64,000 nt of DNA from an uncultured bacterium (GTDB taxonomy: Bacteria; Verrucomicrobiota; Verrucomicrobiia; Verrucomicrobiales; DEV007), in NCBI GenBank assembly GCA_963977015.1, contig CAXBMO010000003.1, positions 256,001-320,000 on the forward strand, in the 5' to 3' direction. Within the stretch, counting starts at the first letter, position 1; every line of letters begins with the position of its first letter. The notes under the pieces were generated by a model, which was not told the DNA's origin, did no database searches, and saw nothing but the letters and a program-made list of their open reading frames with translations. This document shows positions 17,771 to 29,700 of the stretch, piece after piece. Both the position numbers and the translations under genes were made by a program.

Positions 17771-20700
17771 CTATTGCTCCAACTGAAGGATGGCGTCTTC
17801 GGGGTTGGTGGCGTCGATGATCAATCCGTAGATATCCCCCAGGGTCAGCTCTTCCTCCGTGCTCAATCCCGGAATCAAGCCGCCTCGGAAGCTTCCGGCC
17901 CGGAAGATGGACGAACTCCCTCCTTCCATCGCGAATATCGGCGAGACTTCCTGAATCGTAATGCTGTAGACGCGGTCTTCCAACGTCACCCCGGACAGGG
18001 ATGCCGACCAGTTGCCCGCCGCATCGGCTTGAACGGTCGTCGTGTAACTGAAACCACCAGCTCCATCGCTGATCGTCACGACAATCTGAGCGCCCACCGC
18101 TGAGGTGCCGGCGAAGAACGGCGTCAGCGAGAATGCCGGCGGCAAGGTTGGCAACACGCTGGATTCCCCACTCCGGATCGTTGACGGATCAATGACCACT
18201 CCCTCGGGAGTGATCAACTGTCCGTTGAGGAACTGGTAACCGGAACTGCCATCCAGCACCTCATCGAGACGCACCCCGGCAAAGACGCCGGAGTCGCCAA
18301 AGCTGTTCAGAAGGCTCTGCAAATTGCTCAATTCTCCAGCCGCACTTTCTTCCCCGGCAGGAGTCGTTCCCGTTGCCGTCGCCGGTGTATCCCCGGTATT
18401 GGTCCCGGCTGCGGACGCCGGTTTGGTCTTGCCTTCCTGGATCACCGAAACCTGCAGCGCATTGCTTCGGTCGGTGCCGTCTTGAACTTCGACCACGAAC
18501 CACCTCGTTCCCGCGGCCGGATCGCTAACGTCCTTATTGCTGTAGGCCACCGCGCGCAAGGCTTGTTCCATCGCCTTGGACGACACCCCGCCTGGTCCCG
18601 CCGAAATGGTCAGGGTGCCGGAGCTTCGATCGAATCTTTGGCTCAACCCGGCCGGCAAGGCGATCGCAGAAAGGCGGTCCTCGTCCGGCTGATAGCCGCC
18701 GTGAATCTGAATGGTGGCCGATATCACCAAGTTGGCTTGGGTAACCTGGATGTTCGGGAAAAGCGCAATCGGTCCCTGCCCCACCCCGTGGACCAGGCTG
18801 TCACGGATGCTGACACCGAGCAGGACCGGCACCAGATTGTCGGATTCGATGCTGGTGAAGTGAACGGGCAGCAAAGCCGGATTGGCGGCGGGGAAGGTGT
18901 AGTTGCCTTCGCCGGATCCGGTCGAATTAAGCTGGGGGTCGGGCCCCAGAACCACCAGTGCGTCGCCGGGCAACGTCGTCGGATCGAGCCCGTGAACGGT
19001 GATTTCCGTAGTTTCGCTCGGTTGGACGCGGAAGGCGTCTTCTGCAGTGCCGCCGTAGATCGTTACCGCTGCGGCATTGACCGTACCGAGCCAGTTCACG
19101 AAAACTCCGTCTGCTTCCGGGGTGGTGCTGTTACTATGGTCGGCATAGACGGTAATGCTTCCAACCCCGGCATCCAGAGCCGCCGTGCTCAGCAGCGTGA
19201 AATTGCCCGCCGTCGTCAGGATCTGATCGCCGGTCGTGGTGATGTCGACTCCAATGTCCAGGGACGCGCCGCTGGTCACGTTGAGGCCGCCCAGATTCAG
19301 CGCGCTTGCGAAGGTGGTGACGCCGGTGCTGACCGTGGTCAGGTCAAACGCACCGCCGATCGCCTGAGTGGACAGAGTTCCTCCGATTAACGACACATGA
19401 TCCGTCAACGTGATGGCGCCGCCGTAAGTTTGCGCCCCGGATGTGGCCACATTTCCTCCCAGCTCGCTTACGCCGGTCACGTCGACCGAAGCGGCGCTGA
19501 TCGTCGATTCACTATCAATCCGGTCGGCGCGAAGAACGCCCACTCCACTGATTGCTTCTGCAACGCCGGCGCCTCCGCTCAAGGTCAGGTTGTTCCCGCT
19601 ACCGGCTACCGTGTTCGCAAAGTCGACTCCTTCACCGTCCGAATCGGTATCCACAGCCGTCAGGGACACATTCGCAGTCAGGGTAACCGGTCCGTTGAAC
19701 TCCTGTTCGCCTCCGGTCATCAGATTGGCGCCAAGGTTGATGCTGCCGGCATTCACCGTCAATCTCCCGGCCAAGCTCGAAGCCGCGGTGAAATCGACTC
19801 GATCCGCCGAAACCACCTCCAGATCATTGAACACACCGCTGTCCAGGGTGCCGGCGGTGAGCGTCACACTGTCGCCCGCTCCGCGAAAGACAATGTCGTG
19901 CTTCCCATCGGGATTGGCGTCTCCGCTGTCGTTGTCGACCCCCGCTCCGTTGGTCAAAACCGAATTCGCGATGCTTCGAAGTAGCGTGCCGTTCACGCTG
20001 ATCTCCAGGTTCCCGCAGTTCATCACAATACTGGCCGTATCCGGTGAAAACGAAGCCGGGTCGCCGCCAAATCCCGGAGGGAACACCTTGTCCGTTTCGA
20101 TCTCGATTGCCCCTTTACCGCTCACGGTGATTGACACCGTTGCAGTATGGGTTGCCGATTCATCGTCACTGATGGTGTAGGTGAAGGTGTCGACAATGGT
20201 TTCCCCCTCGGCGAGGGTCTGGAGGTAGGCTGATTCCCGAGGGTCGTAGCTGAAGCCGCCATCCGGATCGACTGAAACCGCCGCGCCGTACTGGCTGAGC
20301 GGGTCAAAGTCTGAAACCAGAACATTCGTTCCGACCACGTCCCCGGCATCCGCGTCGGAGTCATTCGCCAGCAACCCTTCGGCCACCGAAACGGTCAACT
20401 TGGTGTCTTCGTCGGTTGCTCCACTGTCGTTGGCCGCCACGGGGTCGTCATTCCTTCCCTGGACTTCGATCGTCAGTATACCCGTATCTTCGGCCCCGGC
20501 CTGATACCCATTGATCACCAGATTATCCAAACGACTAATGTAGCCTGAGACTCCCGAATTATCCGACCAGGTGAACCGGAACGTGACCGGAGATGAGACG
20601 TCCCGGAACTCATCGCCTAGCTCCAACTCATAGGCGGGATAGTTGATGAAGGAATCGTTTCGCGTTGTCGGGTTGAATGAGCCTAACACTGGATTGCTAC

Positions 20701-23700
20701 TTCCGAAGTCGCCAACACTCGACTGAAAATAGAGATGGCTGTCGAAGGTTCCGTTCGAGATTCCCGCTTCGAACTCAATTGACGTCAGGGTCACGGATTC
20801 ACCGATAGCCGGTGTGACGATAAATTCGAAATAGTTGGTACCGGTCCCGTCCAGCAGGTTGTCAAGCGCGGCATCCTCGCTGCCTGGCGCCGCGCTCGCC
20901 CGAATCAACGCGGTTTTTGAAGATCCGGAGACGAAGATCTCTCCTGAACTTCCTTTGGCCTGCAGAGATACCGATACAAGATCGGCAGCTTCGCTGTCCG
21001 GAGCGATGTTCTGGGTGCTGGAGGAAGGGTTCAGGTCGAACCGCGCCAGCTCCTCCGTGTTGGCTATCGTATAGGTGAATTCCTCGTCTGCGGTGTCTCC
21101 CGAATTCAGGGAATCTGACGCACCGGGATCCACCGTGTAGGAGTAACTCCCGTCCGGATTAATCGTCAACTGCCCGTAGGCGCCGTCAACAACGGTTGCT
21201 CCATTGACCCTGCCGCCTGCATTGGAACCAACAGGCGTCCCGCTCCCGGTGTATTCGGCCTGCGTAACCACCACGCTGCCATTTCCGGCTGCTGGGTCGT
21301 CGTCACCATCAACATCCAGGTCCGCTCCGTCATTCGGAGAAACTCCGTCCCCCCCCATCACATTGCCTTTGGTTCCGCTGGAGGTCTCACCGTCTCCACC
21401 GACGACGACCGTCTGGTTATTTTCCCCACCGGGTTCGACCGCGAAGTTTTCATCGTCTACAATCTGCGGTGCGTCGTTGGCCCCTTGGATCGTTACGGTG
21501 AGGGTTGCAAACTGGGAATTGATCCCGGTGACGTCCAGCATCTCCCCACCCAGGAGAATGTTGTCGAGGAGTGAATCCCGGTAGGCCGCGATCCCCAGTG
21601 ACGTAATTTCCTGTTGCGCGGCTATCGCCGTCCCGTGCAACGCTCCTGAATAGTTCGCCTCGGGTAGTTCGGGATTGTCCGTTAAATTCGGATCCACCCA
21701 AACATCAATCGTTTCGACACCATCGACCAAATTCAGGCGTCCAACAACGAGGTGCGTCTGGCCGGGCGTAAACAAGCCTTCCCTTACTTCAAAACTACCT
21801 TCGGTCACCCCGACAACGAGATCCCCTCCGCTGGCGAACACCCCAAAGTCATTTTCTGGCTCGTAATTCAGAATGCCATTCGCGTCATTGGCTTTTGAAT
21901 TGAAAGTGATTCCCCCGACGCCGTCGTCGTTCTGATCATCCACGTTCTGCACCAGGAAGGAGAACCAGACTTCGCTGGCCATCGGTTCCTGCAGATTTGC
22001 AACCACCTGCCGCGGACCGCCGTAATCACCCTCCGCGGCCTTGTCCGATGGCGGGATGTTGTAAAGCTCGGAAACCAATCCGTCGCTCACCGCATTGATC
22101 GTAGATGTACCTCCCCACGCGCCGTTCAGGCCTTGACCGTGGGTGGTCCCGATACTGGCGCCGTCAGACAGGGATGAAAAATCAACTTTCACACTCGGGT
22201 TCGCCGTCGTGGTATCCTGCACCTTGTAGACAAATGTGTCGGTCAAGGTGTCGCCCGAATCCAGCGCCTGGACCGCCGCATTGGCATCATCAACCGTGTA
22301 GGTGAACGACCCATTGGCTCCGATCTGAATCGACCCAAAGTTGCCCGTGGCGGTATCTCCCGCCGCGGTCGTGGCGTCGCCGGAATCACTGCCGCTTCCG
22401 AAAGCGACGACCGACAAATTCCCGACATCGTCGGTATCGATATCACTATCGTTGCTCAACACATTTCCCGTCCCGGTGAAACCCGTCCGGATTCCCGCCT
22501 CCACCGCGATGGACGTGTCGCTGACTGCAACCGGAATGTCGTTCGTTCCCCGAACTTCGATGGCAAGGTTGCCCGTGTCCGTGCTGACTTCACCCACGAT
22601 TCCGCGGACCACCAGATTGTCCAACCGGTTGATGAACTCGTTGTCGATGGAATCGTCCGAAAAGGTGAAGCGGAACGTCACCGGGCCGGTCAGGTTCTGG
22701 AATTCGCTTCCCAGGTTCAAAACGGACGTCTCTCGCGTGACAGCATTTACGTCCCCCACGTCCTGGAACGGTTGAACGAATGCGTCGGCATCATGCAACG
22801 CCGTCTGAAAATTGTCGAGGCTCGACGACCAATGCACGCGGGAGCTTGTCCCGCTGGTTACCGTCCCCGCATTGTTGGCAAAATGCTCGAATTCCAGCGC
22901 CGTCAGCGAAATCGTCTCACCGGGATTCGGCGTAATGGTGAACTCAAAGTAGTCATCGTCCGTCAAGGCTGATGCCTGGTCCGAAGCAGTGCCATCGCCA
23001 CGAATCAAGGCAGTGTAGGTGGAACCGGAAATGAAGGTATCGCCTGTATTCGCAGTCGACGATACGCTGACGCTTCCTGCATCGATGGCAGCATGTGGCG
23101 AACTCGGCGAACCATTTCCCTGAAACGCATAGGTCGTCAGCGTTGTTTCGGTGAGTCCGGGCTGATCGGAAACGGTGTAGACGAATTCCTCAACCGGTGC
23201 GTCTCCCGCGTCCAACTGATCTGCCACGGTTTCATCAACCGTGTAGGTGTAGCTGCCATCGGACCAGATTTCGAGGGAACCATAGGCTCCATCGACGCGG
23301 ACCGAACCGTCCACAGCCACCGCGCCGCCAAAATAGGTCGCGCCGCTAAACGGAGCCCCGGAAAACGTGACATTGGTCACATAGAGTTTCTCCCTAACCT
23401 TCAGATCGGCGTCGGTGTCGGGAACATCGCCCGCACTGGCTCCGCTGCCGCCGCCCAACGATCCGATCACGTTGCCGCTGGGATTGATCCCCAAAATCCC
23501 GTTTTCGACGCCCCCGGCTTCCACCGCGATATTCGTGTCGTCGTTAGCGACGGGCGCATCGTTGTTCCCCTGGACCGTAATCGTCAGAGTATCGGAGTCA
23601 CTGGCCGACTGAACTCCGGCGATGTAAACCGGATCGACCGCATTCGCGACACCACTGCTGTAACGCAGATAGCGGAAGCTCTCCACGCCAAACCGGTCGG

Positions 23701-26700
23701 CCGTCAACGCAAGACCGCGAACCGCGACGGTTGTGCCGTAAGGCGTTTTCGTAAAGGTGCCATTTTCTACGTCATTTAGAGTGTTCGGCACACTTCCCAT
23801 CTCGAAGACCTCAACCGCTACCGACGAAACGTTGTCCCACCAATAATCCCCGCTGGCGAAGCTTACGGCATCGGACCAGTTCACCCCATCCAGACTGACT
23901 TGGGCCACAATCGGATCTCCATCCCCCACTTCGAAAAACAGGGCGGAATTCACCGAACGGTCGAACTCGACCGTCATTCCGACATTGGTGCCGGCTTCCA
24001 ATTCCGATGCCGTGGCATATTTCGGGTTGGCAAGGCCGGTATCAAAGGCGTCATCCTCGAGGGCCAAGGCGCGATCTCCCTGCGCAGGCACGCCGGTTGC
24101 TCCACCTTCCGTGAAGAGAACGGAAGCATTCTCCCCACGAAATTGCGTCACTTGAACGCCGACCAGGTCGCCGGATGTCAGGACAAACGAGTCACCGGAC
24201 GCATTCTCCACGGTGATATTGGCAAGTTGATTGTTCCCATCGAGTTCCAACCCGATGATGGCCGACACCTCCACTTCGTCTTCTCCTCCATCCTCGATCG
24301 TGTAAGTAAAGGTCTCCGTGATGCTCTCATCACCGGCAAGTTCATCGGCCACAGCCTGATCGATCGTGTAAGTGTAGCTGCCGTTCGGCGAAATCGTCAG
24401 GTAGCCGTATTGCCCATCGACGACCGTTGCGCCCGAAACATCGCCACCGGCATTTGATCCCCGCGGCGTTCCTTCGCCACTGTATCGAATCTGGGTAACC
24501 GCGACGTTGGTTCCATCGAGCGCATCATCCGCGTCCGTGTCGGCGGCATCGGCAAATCCGTCTCCGTAATCGGTGTCGATCAAGACATTCCCGCTGGCCG
24601 TCCCCGGGGTGGAACCGCCTCCCCCGGCGATCTGCTCACCGTTCGCTGTCGCACCATGCTCGACCGCGAAGTTTGTGTCGGCATTGGCGACCGGGGCATC
24701 GTTCGTGCCGGTGATGGTCACGGTCAGGGTCGCGTAGTTGGCTGGCTGCAGTGTTGCGGGATCAGCCACGCCGGTCACGTCATGCTGACTTTCGCCCAGA
24801 AGGATGTTGTCCAGATTCCCATTGCCGTAAGCCACAATCCCAAGAGAGGCGATCTCCTGTGCCAGTGCGGAGGCGGATCCGGACCAGGTGGCGGTTGGCA
24901 AGACCGGGTCGCCGGTCAAATTCGGATCGACCCAAATATCGAGGGATTCCGTCCCGACTTCGAGATTCAACCGCCCAACCACCAGATGCGTAACGCTTCC
25001 TGTGGTATCAAAAACGTTGTCCGTCTCATTGCCGTTCACCGCCAGTTTCGATCCGCTGGCCAGAATCCCGAAATCATAGTCAGGATCGTAAACCGGTCCG
25101 GATGACGGATTATTCGGATTGAGCGTGATCCCCGAAACTGCGCTGGAACTGTTGTTCCGCACCAGGAAAGAGAACCACACCTCACCTTGCATTGCCGTTT
25201 CCAGATCCGCTACGACTTGCCGGTGATTGGTGTCATGCCCCGTCGCCGAAACATTATCCGATTGCGTCACATTATAGAGGGACGACGACAGACCTCCAGT
25301 CTTGGAATAGACGTTCGAAGAGCCGTCCCAACTCCCCGTGATTCCGTCCCCAAACGATTTCCCCTTGAAGCCGCCGCTTACGTCGCTGAAATCGACCGCC
25401 ACAGAGGGCTCCGCATCCCCGGGTGCCGGAGCTGTGGCATCCTGCGAATCTCCATCCTGAACGTTGTAGATAAACGTGTCCGTCAGCGTTTCTCCGGACA
25501 AAAGTCCATCAACCGTGGAGTTGGAATCATCGACCGTGTAGGTATAAGCCCCGTCCGCGTTCAACTGAAGGGTGCCGTAATTTCCCGCCACAGAACCGCC
25601 CGCATCCGTGGTCGCCCCCGCGACCTCATCGCCACTTCCGAAACGAACAACTCCAAACTCGCCGGCGGCATCGTCGACATCAGAATCATTGGTGAGCACA
25701 TTGCCAGTGGCTTTGGAACCGGGAGACGCTCCCCTTTCCTTCGCCTGTGCGGTGTCATCGGCCGCCACGGGCAAGTCGTTAACCGCAACTACTGCGGTAT
25801 CCACCACAACCCCTCCGCTCACTTCTCCAGAGAGCGTTAAGTTATCGAACTCCAATCGGTTGCCGTTTCCGGGAGCGTAGACGTAAATTCGCGCCTCTAA
25901 ATCTCCGCTCAGGTTCTTCAGGGCGCCGTAGGTCGAAAGATCGACGTCAAACGGCGTCTGCGCGTGTCGCGACGTCGTGATGTCCTGGCTCACCACCTCG
26001 GTGTAGCTGGAGAAGTCGTCGTCGCTAAACCGAATGCTGATCCCACGGGTTCCGCTTCCGCCTTTGGAAACCTCAAACTGTAACTGAGTAAGATTGTAAG
26101 GCGTCGCACCCGATGAGATCGAAAACTCAACATAGGTGTCGTTTTCAACCGCATCCGCCAATGTCGGGGAATTGGAATCCGCTGGTGAAACCCCGAGAAC
26201 CTTTGAAGGGTAGCTTCCCTGATAATCGGTCGCGAAATACAGCACATTTCCTTTGGATATGTCGGAAATCGTGAATCCGTCTCCCTCGACATCCGGGGCG
26301 AAGTCAGCATTTCCGTCTTGAAAGTCCCAGCTTGCCAATGTCAGGCTCGTTCCCGGATTTGTGGCCAGATCACCGTCAAAGAATCGAAAGGAAACCTCCC
26401 GGTTCGGAGAGGTGGTGGGGTTTTCGCTGACATTCTCGAAAGTGATTTTCCGCAGTGCATCTTGGAAATCGGCAAGTGTAGCATTGGAATTGGATGCTGC
26501 GATTTCGATGTGGTCCGCGCTGAACGAAACGCTCAAATTCGAACTGATCTCATTCACATCGAGGTAAAGCTGATCCTCGCCCGGGACAAAACCGGATGTG
26601 ATCGTTGCGGATGCCACATAGTTGGAAGAGTCCAAACTCGCACGACTATCGCCATCCGCGAGGTCATTGGTATCCGGATCAGTCAGCGTCAGGCCGGGAT

Positions 26701-29700
26701 GGATCGCTGTCGGTCCATCGTTTTCGGTGAAGCTCAGAGTTGCATCAGAAGCGATGGTTGCCGCGTCATCAGCCCCTTGCACCGTGATCGTTACCGTTGC
26801 TGTGCCGGTTTCTCCGTTCCCGTCGGAAACGGTGTAGGTGAATGTGTCTTCGACGCTTTGGCCTGGCAACAACCCCTGAAATTCAGCCACCCCGGTTGGA
26901 TCATACGAGAACGAGCCGTCACTATCGACCACAACGGTGGCACCTTTCACCGACGAAGCATCAAAACCTACCACCTGAAGACTGTCGTTCTCCGGATCGG
27001 TGTCATTGTCCAAAACACCATCGGTCACATCGATTTCCAAAACCGTATCCTCATCGGCATCAAAACTGTCGTCCACCGGATTTGGTGGATCGTTAACGGG
27101 CACGATGCTTGTGTCGACAACAACACTGTGACCAACCTCCCCAGTGAGCGAAAAATTATCGAACTCCAATCGATTGCCGTTTCCGGGAGCGTAGACGTAA
27201 ATGCGCGCCTTGAGATCTCCGTTCAGGTTTTTCAGAGCGTCGTAGGTCGAAAGATCGACGTCAAACGGAGTCTGCGCGTGTCGCGACGTTGTGATGTCCT
27301 GGCTCACCACCTCGGTGTAGCTGGAGAAGTCGTCGTCGCTAAACCGAATGCTGATCCCACGGGTTCCGCTTCCGCCTTTGGAAACTTCAAACGCCAGGCG
27401 AGATAGATTGTAGGCCGCTCCATTCGAAGAAATAGTGAACTCAACGTAGGTATTGTTCGCAACCGCTTGTGCCAGCGTCGGAGAGTTCGTATCCGCAGGT
27501 GAAACGCCGAGAACCTTTGAGGGGTAGTCTCCCTTATAATCCGTCGCAAAATAAAGCACATTGCCCTTGGTGATGTCGGAGATTGTGAACCCGGTCGCAG
27601 TGACATCCGGGCTGAAATCAGCATTACCGTCTTCAAAATCCCAATTCGCAATGGTCTGAGAAGTCGTTGGGTCCGTAATCTGATCTCCATCGAAAAAGCC
27701 GAAGACAATTTCGCGGTTCGAAATGGTGGGGTTGTCACTGGTGTTTTCGAAAGTGACCTTTCGCAGGGCATCTTCAAAATCCGCAAGCGTCGAACTCGAA
27801 TTGTCAGCCGTAATCGTAACGAAACTCTTATCCGCACTAACCGAGACATTCAGATTCGAACTGATGGATCCGGTATCGAGTGCCAATTGGTCTTGCCCAT
27901 CAACAAATCCGGTTCCGATTGCCGCTATTGCCACGAAGTTCGATGTATCGAGATTCGACCTTGCGTCACCATCGGCGATGTCGTTCGTGTCCGGGTCGGT
28001 CAGGCTCAACGTGGGATGAACCACGGTGGGACCTTCACCTTCCGTAAATGTGAGTACCGAGTCCGCGGAAATTGCGGGGCCGTCATCAGCTCCCTGCACG
28101 GTGATGGTAACGGTAGCCGTGTCGGTCCCACCGTTCCCGTCGCTATTGGTGTAGGTGAAGGTGTCATTCACGGTTTGCCCGGGCAAAAGTCCCTGCAATT
28201 CGGCAGAACCAGTCGGATCATAAGAGAAGCTGCCGTTTGCGTTCATCGAAACAACAGCCCCTTTGTCAGACGTCGCATCAAAAGCCTGAACTTGAAGCGT
28301 GTCGTTATCCACATCCGTATCGTTATTTAGGACACCACTCGCAACATCAACATCCAAGACAGTGTCTTCGCTGGTGGTATAGGTGTCGTCCACCGCATCC
28401 GGAGCATCGTTCCGCCCCTCAACCGTAACCGTCACCTCCGCAGAGGCAGCACCGATCACTGCATACGCGGAATTGTCCATCCGAATGGCATCGACAATGC
28501 CGCCTTCCGCAGGAGATGAGCTTGACCACTCCGCATTCGTTGCATAGCTGACAATACCGAGGCGGCTGATGCTGTCACCGAAATCGCCAGTGCCTGAGTA
28601 AGCCGGACCTTGCGTCGTGCCGTTGACGGGATCGGGATCCACCCATACTTCGATCGTATCATTGGCCCCAGCACCGATATTCAGGCGTCCCACGACCAAT
28701 GAAGTCTGGCCATCCGTAAACTGGTTGGGGACCGTGACATCCGTGGTCCCAGTACCGTTGGGCAGTCGAATCTGAAGCCCCGTCCCATTTGCCACAACTT
28801 GGAACGTCGCCGCATCGTAGTCGGTGGAATCCGTCAAATTAAAGGCCAGCCCGCCTTTCGCATCTTCGCCAACCGGATTCTGCACGAGATAGGAAAACCA
28901 CACTTCCCCGTCGAGGGGCGTGGTTAGGGCACGGTTCAGGTTTTTGAACTGGGTGTAATCGCCTTGCACGGCCCGGCTATTGCCTTCCTGCGTCACGTTG
29001 TAACCCGGGTAAGTAAGGTCCATCCCCACCACCCGGATGGTACCGGTTCCGCCTCCCCAACTTCCACTTAGCCCGGTTCCGCCTCCCTGGCCGCTCATGT
29101 TCGAAGTGGTGCCCAGGTCATTGGCGTCAAACATCACCGCGGCGTCCCCGGGTTGATTCCCATCGCTCACAAAATAGGTGAAGGTGTCGGTCACGGTTTG
29201 GCCCGGAAGCAAGCTTTGAAGCTCGGCTGACGCGGTGGGATCGTAGGTAAAGCCGCCATTCACATCCACGGTCACGGCCGCTCCGTTCGCGGAAACGGTT
29301 GTCCAAGGTACGATGCTGATGCTGTCGCCATCTGGGTCGCTGTCGTTCGTGAGGATACCTTTCGGATCCGTCAGTTTGGCGACATCCGGTGTCGAAAGCG
29401 CGGTATCCCAGAAGGCGGCTTCATCGATGAGGCCGCCAAAATCGCGATCTCCATTGTTGTTGGTGGGGCTTCCAAGCCGGATATTATTCAGATTGAAGGT
29501 GTTTCCGGTGTGCTGACTGCTGAGCTCCTCCGCACCATCGACATGAAGCTTGACCTCATTCGCGGTCTTATCCCAGGAGAAGATGATTTGGTGCCATTGG
29601 CCGTCGCGATAATCCGTTCCCGAGGTGAAAGCATTGACACTACTTGCGCCCTGAATGTACATCTGCAATTCACCATCGGCCCGGAGATTGACATGCATTT

